This document shows, piece by piece, positions 37,250 to 46,259 of a stretch of 64,000 bases of DNA. The translations under genes and the position numbers were made by a program. This DNA is from Gemmatimonadaceae bacterium (GTDB taxonomy: Bacteria > Gemmatimonadota > Gemmatimonadetes > Gemmatimonadales > Gemmatimonadaceae). The stretch is taken from NCBI GenBank assembly GCA_033763905.1, contig JANRJP010000102.1, positions 40,430 to 104,429 of the forward strand, written 5' to 3'. Positions within the stretch are counted from its first letter, which is position 1; every line of letters starts with the position of its first letter. The notes under the pieces are model-generated. The model was not told the origin of the DNA and searched no databases. It saw only the letters and a list, made by a program, of their open reading frames with translations.

Positions 37250-38469
37250 GTAACGCCGCGCTCCTCCACGGGGCGCCGCTCGGCCGACCCGCACAGGGGG
37301 CCGCGGCGATGCCCGCCGGCACGCGTGACCGCTGGCGAATGGGGATCGAGGCGCGCGCGCTCGTGCTCGTCACTGCCAGTTTGCTCGTCTTCGGTCTGGC
37401 CACGCTCTACAGCGCGTCGTCCATTGTCGCGATGAACGAAGGGCGCGGGTCGATGCACTACCTCCTCCGTCAGGCGACCGGCGTCGTCGCGGGGGCCATC
37501 GTCTTCGCCGTGGCCGCCAAGCTCGACGCCGAACGCTGGAAGGACTGGGCGTGGCCGCTGATGGGGCTCGCCCTGTTCACGATGCTGGTGATCATCCTCC
37601 CCGGCACCGAGCGCATCGCGCCCCGCATCAACGGGTCGCGGCGCTTCCTGTTCGGCTCGTCGCTGCAGCCGTCCGAGCTCGCGAAGCTCGCGGTCATTAT
37701 GTGGACGGCGATGCTCATCGTGAAGAAGGGCGACCAGCTCCGGCGCCTCACCAAGGGCTTGTTGCCGTTCCTCCTGGTCGTGGGCACGCTCGATGTGCTC
37801 GCCATCCTCGAGCCGGACCTCTCGGCGGCGATGCTCTACACCCTGGTCCTCGGGGTGGTCCTGTTCGCCGGCGGGGTTCGCATCGGCCACTTCATCGCGT
37901 TGGGCATCCTTGCGATCCCGGTCCTCTGGAATCAAGCCCAGCGCCTGCAGTACGTCGTCCTTCGAATGGTGTCCTTCCTCGACCCCGGCGCCGCGCCAGC
38001 CCAGGTCGGATACCAGCTTGAGCAGTCGCTGATTGCCGTGGGCTCCGGTGGCCTGCTCGGCGTCGGGTTCGGTCAGGGACGGCAGCAGTACGGGTTCCTG
38101 CCGCTGCCATACAACGACTTCATCGGCTCCAACATCGGCGAGGAGTGGGGCTTCGTGGGAATGGTCGCGCTGGTCGCGGTGTACTCGCTGTACGGCTGGC
38201 TCGGCTTCCGCATTGCGCGCCAAGCCCGCTCGCCGTTTCAGCAATTGGCCGCCGTCGGCCTCACGGTGACCTTGGTCGTGACGGCATTTCTCCACATTGG
38301 GGTCGTCATCGGGCTGCTCCCGACCACGGGATTGACCCTGCCGTTTGTCTCCTACGGGCGCTCGAATCTGGTACTCTCCCTGTTGATGACCGGCATTCTG
38401 GTGAACATCGGGAGCACCCGTGAACGGGTGGTGGGCGAGCACGCGACCGACCCGACGGGCTCGGTCTGA
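37246..38469 (+). CDS. ftsW: SEDS peptidoglycan polymerase FtsW
   Basis: QPSELAK, EPDL, GYQLEQS.IAVGSGG, EEWGFVG, P.TGLTLPFVSYG. Confidence 0.95.
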   Translation: MSNAALLHGAPLGRPAQGAAAMPAGTRDRWRMGIEARALVLVTASLLVFGLATLYSASSIVAMNEGRGSMHYLLRQATGVVAGAIVFAVAAKLDAERWKDWAWPLMGLALFTMLVIILPGTERIAPRINGSRRFLFGSSLQPSELAKLAVIMWTAMLIVKKGDQLRRLTKGLLPFLLVVGTLDVLAILEPDLSAAMLYTLVLGVVLFAGGVRIGHFIALGILAIPVLWNQAQRLQYVVLRMVSFLDPGAAPAQVGYQLEQSLIAVGSGGLLGVGFGQGRQQYGFLPLPYNDFIGSNIGEEWGFVGMVALVAVYSLYGWLGFRIARQARSPFQQLAAVGLTVTLVVTAFLHIGVVIGLLPTTGLTLPFVSYGRSNLVLSLLMTGILVNIGSTRERVVGEHATDPTGSV

Positions 38470-38487
38470 GCCCAGGATGACCGACTC

Positions 38488-39609
38488 ATGACGACGGCCG
38501 AGTCGCGCCGACGCGTCTGGTTTGCCGGTGGAGGCACGGGAGGGCACCTGTACCCGGGCCTCGCGATCGCGCGCGCTCTGGTTGCCTTGGACCCCGGCGT
38601 CGAGCCGTTTTTCGTCGGCGCCGCGCGCGGGATTGAGCGCACCGTCCTTCCAGGGCAGCCGTTCGGCCACGTGCTGCTGGACCTGCATCCGATCTACCGC
38701 CAGCGCCCGTGGGAGAACTGGAAGACCCTCCGCGGGGCACTCGGCGCGTGGCGCACGCTCGACCGGCTGGCGGACACTGTCCCGCCGGCGTTGGTGGTTG
38801 GCACCGGCGGATATGCGATGGGGCTGGCGGCCGCGTGGGGCGGTTGGCACCGGGTGCCGGTGGTCCAGCAGGTCGCCGATGTGGTGCCCGGCCTGACCGC
38901 GAAGCTGGCCTCCCGTTGGTCGCACGAGCTCTACTTGGGCTTTCCGGAAGCCGCTCGGCACCTCGCGGGCGGCGAAAAGATCGCCACCGGAAACCCGATC
39001 GAGCCGCCACCGTCACCCCGCCCGGACCGTGCCGCTGCGCGCGCCAAATGGGGTTTTCCACAGTCCGGCGGACGGGTCGTCTTGGTCTTCGGTGGGAGCC
39101 AGGGTGCCCGGGCCATCAACGACGCGGTCGCCGAATGGGTCCGCCGCGGGGTAGGGGAGCACACCTACGTACTGTGGGCCACCGGGACCGCGCAGTACGA
39201 CCGCTACGCCTCGCTCGAGAGCGCCGGTCGAGTGCGGGTGTTGCCCTATCTTTCCCCAATCGCCGACGGTTACTCGGCGGCCGATCTGGCAGTCACTAGA
39301 GCGGGGGCAATGACCTGCGCCGAGCTGACCGCGTGGGGCATCCCTGCCGTGATGATCCCTCTGCCGACTGCTGCCGCCGACCATCAGACAACGAACGCGC
39401 GAACATTGGAGGACGCGGGCTGTGCCGTGTTTTTTCCACAGTCGCGCCTCACGCCCGAGTCGCTGAGCGCGACAATCGCGATGATGGTCGAGGAGCCGGG
39501 TCGGCTGGACCGGATGGGCGCTGCAGCCAAGGCGCGGGCTCGCCCCAATGCGGCGAAAGACATCGCCGCGAGAGTGTTGATGATCGTAAACGGCGAATCT
39601 CTCAAGTGA
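38488..39609 (+). CDS. murG: Undecaprenyl-PP-MurNAc-pentapeptide GlcNAc transferase MurG
   Basis: GGGTGGH.YP, GTGGY, TGNP, GGSQGA, RAGAMT, HQ..NA. Confidence 0.96.
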   Translation: MTTAESRRRVWFAGGGTGGHLYPGLAIARALVALDPGVEPFFVGAARGIERTVLPGQPFGHVLLDLHPIYRQRPWENWKTLRGALGAWRTLDRLADTVPPALVVGTGGYAMGLAAAWGGWHRVPVVQQVADVVPGLTAKLASRWSHELYLGFPEAARHLAGGEKIATGNPIEPPPSPRPDRAAARAKWGFPQSGGRVVLVFGGSQGARAINDAVAEWVRRGVGEHTYVLWATGTAQYDRYASLESAGRVRVLPYLSPIADGYSAADLAVTRAGAMTCAELTAWGIPAVMIPLPTAAADHQTTNARTLEDAGCAVFFPQSRLTPESLSATIAMMVEEPGRLDRMGAAAKARARPNAAKDIAARVLMIVNGESLK

Positions 39610-40839
39610 AGTTAGTTTAGTATTTATAAGTCGTTGTATTGTAGTCAAATAAGGCGTTCAGTTCGAGTAGAGAATTATAAGTAAACCCAGTATCAGGATC
39701 GTCATTTCGTGACAGCTGGACTTTTCAACACTGAAGACCCCCGCGACGTCCATTTCGTCGGTATTGCCGGCGCGGGGATGAGCGCGTTGGCCGAACTTTT
39801 CCACAGGCGGGGCGTCCGCGTCACGGGATGCGACGCGGGGGGCGGCAATGTGGAAGACTTGGCTCGGCTCGGGATTCAGGTTCTGGGCGAGCATTCGCCC
39901 TCGCATGTGGAAAACTGCCGCGCCCTGGTCGTCACGAGCGCGATGCCCAAGCAGCATCCTGAACTCGAACGGGCGCGCCAGATTGGCATTCCGGTGATTC
40001 GGCGCGCCGAAGCGTTGGGGGCGGCCGTGAACCACGGGACGCTGGTCGCGGTCGCCGGAACACACGGCAAAACCACGACGACCGTACTCACGACCGAAGC
40101 ACTGTCCGCGGCTGGAATGGACGCCACCGGCGTGGTCGGTGCGCGCGTGGGTCCGTGGGGAGGGAACCTCCGGCGCGGCGGGGACGACCTGTTCGTCGTC
40201 GAGGCCGACGAGTATGACCGCAGCTTTCTGGCCCTGAAGCCGGCCGTGGCGGTGGTCACGAACCTCGAAGCCGACCATCTCGACATCTATACGGATCTCG
40301 ACGACATCCGGCGGACGTTCCTTCAGTTCGTGGCGCCGGCCCGGTGGGTCGTGGCCTGCGCCGACGACGCCGAGGCGACGCGGTTGCCGTATCCCGTGAG
40401 CGCCGAAGTCATTCGGTATGGGGTCGAGCAGCCGGACGGGACCGTCTCACCCGACGCGCGGCTCGTGGCCCGGGGCATCGAGTCCGTGGGGCAGGGAACG
40501 CGGTTCCGGGTGACCTTCGACTACAAAGAAGTGGCGGTGTTCACCCTGCCGTTGCCGGGACTCCACAACGTCCGAAACGCCCTCGCCGCGATCGGCACTG
40601 GGTTGGCGCTCGGCGCGGACCCAGCCGGGCTGGCCGCTGGCTTGGCGGCGGTGCGGGGTGCGGAGCGCCGCTTCCAACGGATCGGCCAGGCCCGCGGTGT
40701 GATCATTGTGGATGACTACGCCCACCATCCCACCGAGGTCGCGGCGACCATTGCAGCGGCTCGGCTCGCGGAGCCGGCACGGCGCTTGGTCGTGGCCTTC
40801 CAGCCGCACCTGTTCAGCCGGACCAGGGACTTTTCCACA
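39054..40839. promoter_or_regulatory. DnaA-box cluster around an AT-rich murG-murC spacer (candidate oriC or DnaA-binding locus)
   Basis: Perfect TTTTCCACA at 39054(+), 39432(+), 39797(+), 39906(-), 40831(+); 1-mismatch boxes at 39722, 39849, 40707; spacer 39610-39708 is ~33% GC by manual count. Confidence 0.65.
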
Positions 40840-41115
40840 GCGTTCGCCGACGCGCTGGCGGCAGCCGACGTGACATTGCTGTGCGACATCTATCCCGCCC
40901 GTGAGCAGCCAATGCCTGGCGTGACCTCGGCGCTGATCGCCGAACCGATGGCGGCGTCGGGTCGCGCCCCGAGTTGGCAGGGGCCGCGGCGAGAGGTCGT
41001 GCCGGCGCTGGAGTCGATCGTGCGCGCCGGCGATCTCGTCATCACGATGGGAGCCGGCGACATCACCAAGGCCGCGCCGGAATTGTTGGCGCGGCTGGGC
41101 GGGGAGGCGGCGTGA
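39709..41115 (+). CDS. murC: UDP-MurNAc--L-alanine ligase MurC
   Basis: HFVGIAGAGMS, AGTHGKTTT, EADEYD, DDYAHHPTE, FQPH, MGAGD. Confidence 0.96.
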   Translation: MTAGLFNTEDPRDVHFVGIAGAGMSALAELFHRRGVRVTGCDAGGGNVEDLARLGIQVLGEHSPSHVENCRALVVTSAMPKQHPELERARQIGIPVIRRAEALGAAVNHGTLVAVAGTHGKTTTTVLTTEALSAAGMDATGVVGARVGPWGGNLRRGGDDLFVVEADEYDRSFLALKPAVAVVTNLEADHLDIYTDLDDIRRTFLQFVAPARWVVACADDAEATRLPYPVSAEVIRYGVEQPDGTVSPDARLVARGIESVGQGTRFRVTFDYKEVAVFTLPLPGLHNVRNALAAIGTGLALGADPAGLAAGLAAVRGAERRFQRIGQARGVIIVDDYAHHPTEVAATIAAARLAEPARRLVVAFQPHLFSRTRDFSTAFADALAAADVTLLCDIYPAREQPMPGVTSALIAEPMAASGRAPSWQGPRREVVPALESIVRAGDLVITMGAGDITKAAPELLARLGGEAA

Positions 41116-41792
41116 CCATACGCTGGCGGCTCGTCGGGGGGATCGCTGCCGCCGCCGTGGTGCTGGCGTCTCCGTGGTGGGGAACCGAGTTGCTGCAGGA
41201 GTTCGCCTTCTTTCGGGTGCGGAAGGTCGAGGTGCACGGCACGCGGTGGGTGGATCCGCAGGTACTCGTTGACCGGATGGCGGTGGACACGACCCGGTCG
41301 GTCTGGGACGACCTCGACCGGCTGGAGGGTCGGGTGCGGGGCCACCCGCAGGTAGCGTCGGTGCAGATCGAGCGACGTCTTCCCGGCACGCTGGTGGTGA
41401 CGGTCGAGGAGGTCGTGCCGATCGCGCTGGTGCCTGCGCGCGAGGGGTTCCGGGCCTTCGACGCAACCGGCAAGGCGCTCCCGCTTGAGCCGAGCGAGGT
41501 GCCGGTGGACGCCCCGGTCATTGCACAGCGGGACACCGCGGTGCTGGGGCTGCTGGGTCGGGTCCGCAGCGACCAGCCGGAGGTGTACGCCCGGATCTCC
41601 GAAGTGCGTCGTGCCGGAAAGGGGGAGCTCGTCGTCACTATGTCGGATGTGCCGGTGCGCACGTTGGCCGAGGTGACGACGGCGCGCCTGTCGGAGATAT
41701 TGCCCGTCACGCGAGATCTCGAGCGTCGGGGACTCCGTGCGAAGGAGCTGGACCTCCGCTATCGTGATCAAGTGATCGCCCGTTTGCCGTAA
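41112..41792 (+). CDS. ftsQ: Cell division protein FtsQ/DivIB
   Basis: N-terminal TM, POTRA (F.VRKVEVHG...HPQV.SV.IERRLPGTL.V.V.E), C-terminal DLRYRDQV. Confidence 0.88.
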   Translation: MTIRWRLVGGIAAAAVVLASPWWGTELLQEFAFFRVRKVEVHGTRWVDPQVLVDRMAVDTTRSVWDDLDRLEGRVRGHPQVASVQIERRLPGTLVVTVEEVVPIALVPAREGFRAFDATGKALPLEPSEVPVDAPVIAQRDTAVLGLLGRVRSDQPEVYARISEVRRAGKGELVVTMSDVPVRTLAEVTTARLSEILPVTRDLERRGLRAKELDLRYRDQVIARLP

Positions 41793-41801
41793 CTTGCCCA
41801 G

Positions 41802-43067
41802 ATGAATCCCGAACGTCTCGTCGCCGGCCTCGATATCGGTTCCGCCAAAACCACCGCGATCATCGCGGAGGTTGTGGGCGAATTCCCCAAGCACCCCGAG
41901 ATTCGCGTGCTCGGTGTGGGGCAGTCCCGAACCACCGGGCTGCGGAAGGGCGTCGTGTCCGACATCGAGGAAACGATGCGGGCGATTCAGAAGGCGATGA
42001 CCGACGCCGAGCGGATGGCGGGCGCGCAGGTGCCGGCGGTGTACGTCGGCATTGCCGGCGAGCACGTCTCGGCGATGACCTCGAGCGGCGTCGTCGCGGT
42101 CTCGAGCCCCGAGATCTCCCGCGCCGACGTCGAGCGCGTCAACGAGGTCGCGCGGGCTCAGGTGATTCCGCAGGACCGCGAGCTGCTGCACGCGATTCCG
42201 CAGGAGTACACCGTCGACAAGAACGAGGGCATCCGCGACCCGATCGGGATGATCGGCACGCGCCTGACCACCGAGATGTATCTGGTGACGATCGGTGCCT
42301 CGCCGGCGATGAACCTCCGCAAGGCGGTCGAGCGGGCCGGCTACCAGATCAAGGAACTGGTGCTCGAGCCGCTGGCCAGCGCTCTGGCGACGTTGACCGA
42401 CGACGAGAAGGAACTGGGCGTCGCGCTCATCGAAATGGGCGCCGGCACGACCGATCTCGCGGTCTTCCACGAAGGGAAGATTCGCCACTTGGGCACCATC
42501 CCCTTTGGCGGGAACAACGTCACCAGCGACCTCGTGCACGGCTTGGGCGTGACGCAGGCAGACGCCGAGCGCTTGAAGGAGAAGTACGGCATCGCCTACG
42601 AGCCGCTGTCGCCGCCGGGCGAGACGATTTCGCTGCCGAGTACCGTGGCGCAGGGCGATCGTCGCATTCCGCGTGAGCTGCTGGCGCACATCATTCACCA
42701 GCGGACCGACGAGATGTTCGATCTCGTGCAGCGCGCGATTCAGGCCAGCGGGTACGCCGGTCGTCTCCAGGCCGGCGTGGTGCTCACCGGCGGTGCGGCG
42801 GCGACGCCGGGCACTGTGGAGCTGGCGCAGGATGTGTTCGGGATCGGTGCCCGCGTGGGGACGCCGTCCGAGGGCATCGGCGGGCTGTCCGATTCGGTCG
42901 AAGCCCCGCGCTTCGCGACCGTCGCGGGGTTGGCGCTCTACGGCGCCAACCGGATGGCGCTTGGTCTGGCGGGCTCGACCGGCGGGCGTCGGCTGTCCAT
43001 TCCCGGCGGCGCTGACGCGGGCAAGCTGGTCCAGCGCGTGAAGACTTGGCTGCAGGACTTCTTCTAA
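41802..43067 (+). CDS. ftsA: Cell division protein FtsA
   Basis: GLDIGSAK, GLRKGVV.DIE, EMGAGTTD, GG..VT.DL, VLTGG, amphipathic C-terminus VKTWLQDFF. Confidence 0.96.
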   Translation: MNPERLVAGLDIGSAKTTAIIAEVVGEFPKHPEIRVLGVGQSRTTGLRKGVVSDIEETMRAIQKAMTDAERMAGAQVPAVYVGIAGEHVSAMTSSGVVAVSSPEISRADVERVNEVARAQVIPQDRELLHAIPQEYTVDKNEGIRDPIGMIGTRLTTEMYLVTIGASPAMNLRKAVERAGYQIKELVLEPLASALATLTDDEKELGVALIEMGAGTTDLAVFHEGKIRHLGTIPFGGNNVTSDLVHGLGVTQADAERLKEKYGIAYEPLSPPGETISLPSTVAQGDRRIPRELLAHIIHQRTDEMFDLVQRAIQASGYAGRLQAGVVLTGGAAATPGTVELAQDVFGIGARVGTPSEGIGGLSDSVEAPRFATVAGLALYGANRMALGLAGSTGGRRLSIPGGADAGKLVQRVKTWLQDFF

Positions 43068-43111
43068 GCGGCTGCGGGGCAGTGCTCGGCGCGCTCCTGA
43101 CGGCGCCGAAA

Positions 43112-43198
43112 TGTGGAAAACTCTCTTGACAGAAGTTCTATCTTCGCGACGTTAGGTGAGATAGCGTGTGGATTGACTGTCCACACGTTATCTTCGCG
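43112..43198. promoter_or_regulatory. ftsZ upstream regulatory region: DnaA boxes, 14-bp inverted repeat, TTGACA and TATCTT elements
   Basis: TGTGGAAAA 43112-43120; TTGACA 43126-43131; AGATAGCGTGTGGA-N7-TCCACACGTTATCT 43159-43193; TATCTTCGCG direct repeat at 43139 and 43189. Confidence 0.6.
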
Positions 43199-43267
43199 GG
43201 GTAGTTCTCGACGCATCGTGCTGCCCGGCCGGGGCGGCACTTCCGGGTCAATCGAGTGAGCACTGGA

Positions 43268-44443
43268 ATGATCTTCGAATTCGAGGAGTCCGCGACGCAA
43301 GGCGCCCGGATGAAGGTGGTGGGCGTCGGCGGCGGTGGCGGGAACGCCGTCAACCGAATGATCGACGAATCGCTGCAGGGCGTCGAATTCATCTCGGTGA
43401 ACACCGATGCACAGGCGCTCCTGAACTCGAAGTCGGACGTCAAGGTCCAGATCGGGCAGAAGCTGACGCGCGGACTTGGTGCCGGCGCGCGCCCCGAAGT
43501 CGGGCGTCAGGCCATCGAGGAGAACCGCGACGAGGTGATGAAGGTCGTCTCCGGCGCTGATCTCGTGTTCGTCACCTGCGGGATGGGTGGCGGCACCGGG
43601 ACGGGCGCCGCGCCGGTCGTCGCCGAGCTCGCGAAGGAAGCGGGCGCGCTGACCGTGGGCATCGTCACGCGTCCGTTCCTGTTCGAAGGCAAGAAGCGGA
43701 TGAAGCAGGCCGAGCTCGGCATCCTCGAGATGCGCAAGCACGTGGACACGATGATCATCGTGCCGAACGAGCGCCTGCTCGCGGTCGTCGGCAAGGGGAT
43801 TCCGTTCCAGGACGCGCTCAAGCGCGCCGACGAAGTCCTGCTGCAGGCGACGCGCGGTATTTCCGAAATCGTCGTGAAGACGGGCTTGGTCAACGTCGAC
43901 TTCGCCGACGTGCGCACGGTGATGACCAACGGCGGCGCGGCCCTGATGGGCACGGGCATTGGCCGCGGCGAAAACCGCGCGATCGAAGCGGCGCAGCAGG
44001 CCATTGCGTCGCCGCTGCTCGACAACCTGTCGATCCGTGGCGCGCGCGGCGTGCTGATCAACATCTCGGGTGGCGCCGATCTCACCTTGGGCGAGTTCAC
44101 GGCGGTCTCGGAGTTGGTACACGAGGCGGCGGGCGACGAGTCCGAAATCATCATCGGCTCGGTCACCGAGCCGGCGATGCAGGGCGAGATTCGCGTCACC
44201 GTCATCGCGACGGGCTTCGACCACGATATGGGCGTGCCGATGCCGCAGGGGAACGCGCGGCCGTCGGCCACGCCGTTCGCTCCGTTGGCGCAGCGCGGAT
44301 CGTCGGCCAAGTTCGTCCCGCCGACGCCGTCCGCGTCGCCGGTGGTACCGGCGGCGTCGAAGTTCCCGACGTCCACGGGGACGCCGGCCGGCGATCTCAC
44401 CGATATGGAGATCCCGACGTTCATTCGTCGCCAGATGGACTGA
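43268..44443 (+). CDS. ftsZ: Cell division protein FtsZ
   Basis: [21 protein letters not shown] tubulin motif, NVDFAD, C-terminal EIPTFIRRQ; alternative GTG start 43256. Confidence 0.98.
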   Translation: MIFEFEESATQGARMKVVGVGGGGGNAVNRMIDESLQGVEFISVNTDAQALLNSKSDVKVQIGQKLTRGLGAGARPEVGRQAIEENRDEVMKVVSGADLVFVTCGMGGGTGTGAAPVVAELAKEAGALTVGIVTRPFLFEGKKRMKQAELGILEMRKHVDTMIIVPNERLLAVVGKGIPFQDALKRADEVLLQATRGISEIVVKTGLVNVDFADVRTVMTNGGAALMGTGIGRGENRAIEAAQQAIASPLLDNLSIRGARGVLINISGGADLTLGEFTAVSELVHEAAGDESEIIIGSVTEPAMQGEIRVTVIATGFDHDMGVPMPQGNARPSATPFAPLAQRGSSAKFVPPTPSASPVVPAASKFPTSTGTPAGDLTDMEIPTFIRRQMD

Positions 44444-44468
44444 GTCGCGGGCCGCATAGATTGCGCCC

Positions 44469-46250
44469 GTGATTTCTTGGCTCGTAGCAATCGGTGCCGG
44501 CGTCGCCTTGGCGGCGCTCGGCTATGTCGGACGGTCGGCCCGCGGTGCGATGTCGCGCCTCGGGCCGGCTGCGTTGCGGGCCCTGGCCACAACGGTGCTC
44601 GTGGCCTTGTGGCTCGACGCGCCGGTTGGTCGAGCACGACCTGGCCGACTGCTCGTGGCGCTCGACGCGAGCGCGTCGCTCAGCCGAGGCGGTGACACGA
44701 CGGCGTGGCGACGCGCGCGCGTGATCGCCGATTCCCTTGGGGAGCGCCCGGTTCTCGTTGGGACGAGTGTCGGGACGAGTCCCATTCCCGAGCGGCCCAC
44801 GTTGCCTTCGAGCCGCGTGACACCGCTGGTGGACCAGGCGCTGGCCGAAGGGCGGACCGTCGCACTGATCACCGACGGCGAGATCGAAGACGCCGACGCA
44901 CTGCGCCGACTCCCTGCGGGATCGCGCGTGTCCGTCGTGCGCTCGGCGGATGGCCCCGACATCGGCATCGCGCGGCTCGATGCGCCCGCGACGGCCATCG
45001 CCAGCGATACCGTGGTCCTCCGGGTACACCTCGTGGCCGGCGGTGTGGGCGCGTCGGCGACGCAGCTCGCGGTTGCCGTCGATGGCGCATCGGGAGATGC
45101 GATCGCCGTCGCTGCGATGGCGCCGTGGGAAGAGCGCACGCTGGAGGTGCCGCGGGCGGTGGGGCGCGCGGGGGGGCGGGTGATCCGCGCGTCGCTCGCC
45201 GCGGGTGATCGCGAGCCTCGGAACGACACCTTGGCGGTCGCGATCGACGTGCTCGACCGGCCAGCGGCGCTGGTGCTCAGCACCGCCCCTGATGCCGACA
45301 TCCGGTGGATCGAATCCGGGGTGCGCTCGGCGCTCGGCGCCGGCGTGCAGACCTGGTGGCGTGTGTCGCCCGGGGAATGGCGCCGCGCGCCGTCGCTCGA
45401 TCCGGTGGCCGAGACCGAGGTACGTCGCGCCGTGGCCGAAGCCTCGGTGGTTGTGCTGCACGGCGACACGGCCTTCTTCGGTCCGCCGAGCACGGCGCTC
45501 CGCGGCTCGCGGTGGCTGATTCCCTCCAGTGACGCCGATGGAGAGTGGTACGTCGCGCCGTCCGCCGACGGTTCGCCGATGGGCGATCTGTTGTCGGGGG
45601 CTGCGCCCGATTCGTTGCCGCCCTTGAGCGCGAGCGCGGCACCCGCGCTGGAATGGACCGCGCTCGTGGCGCGTCGCGACAAGCGCGGTGACGGGGTACC
45701 GATTCTGACCGGACGGACGACCGCGCCGCGCACCGTCGTGCTGACCGCCGCCGGTCTGTCGCGCTGGGGGCTGCGCGGCGGCGAGGCGGCGAGTGCTCTG
45801 CCGGCGCTCGCCGGCGGCGTGGCTGCGTGGTTGGCGGAGTCCGCCCCGGAGCGGCGCGCCGCCGTGCCGACGCAGACGAGCTGGCGAGAGGGGGAGCCGA
45901 TTACCTGGCGGCGCGGTGGCCGCGACTCGGTGGTGGTGCTGCGGTGGTCGGCGGCGGGACAGACCGGCGTCGACACGCTTCGCTTTGGCGCGACCGGCAC
46001 CACCGCCGTGGGGCGGGTGTTCGCCCCCGGGCGCGTGGATGTGGACGTCGCGGGGGGGCGCGTGACGCTGGTGGTCAACCCGAGCGGCGAACTGCTCCCG
46101 CGCCGCGCCGCCGTGGCGGCAGGGCCGGTGGGCGACGGGGCGGCGGCCGCCGCGGCACCCTCGGCACGGGACTGGCTCTGGTTGTACGCCGTGGTGATTC
46201 TGGCCCTGAGTGCCGAGTGGGTGCTCAGGCGGCGCGCGGGACTGCGGTAG
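44469..46250 (+). CDS. Membrane protein with vWA-like domain
   Basis: N-terminal TMs, LDASASL (DxSxS MIDAS-like), LITDGE, C-terminal TM ending EWVLRRRAGLR. Confidence 0.65.
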   Translation: MISWLVAIGAGVALAALGYVGRSARGAMSRLGPAALRALATTVLVALWLDAPVGRARPGRLLVALDASASLSRGGDTTAWRRARVIADSLGERPVLVGTSVGTSPIPERPTLPSSRVTPLVDQALAEGRTVALITDGEIEDADALRRLPAGSRVSVVRSADGPDIGIARLDAPATAIASDTVVLRVHLVAGGVGASATQLAVAVDGASGDAIAVAAMAPWEERTLEVPRAVGRAGGRVIRASLAAGDREPRNDTLAVAIDVLDRPAALVLSTAPDADIRWIESGVRSALGAGVQTWWRVSPGEWRRAPSLDPVAETEVRRAVAEASVVVLHGDTAFFGPPSTALRGSRWLIPSSDADGEWYVAPSADGSPMGDLLSGAAPDSLPPLSASAAPALEWTALVARRDKRGDGVPILTGRTTAPRTVVLTAAGLSRWGLRGGEAASALPALAGGVAAWLAESAPERRAAVPTQTSWREGEPITWRRGGRDSVVVLRWSAAGQTGVDTLRFGATGTTAVGRVFAPGRVDVDVAGGRVTLVVNPSGELLPRRAAVAAGPVGDGAAAAAAPSARDWLWLYAVVILALSAEWVLRRRAGLR

Positions 46251-46259
46251 CTTTCGGGT

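Noticed and set aside
39660..39690. Possible dif site (AGAATTATAAGTAAAC resembles an XerD arm)
   Set aside because: Does not fit the 11-6-11 dif layout; the XerD-like arm has an insertion and no XerC arm is recognisable
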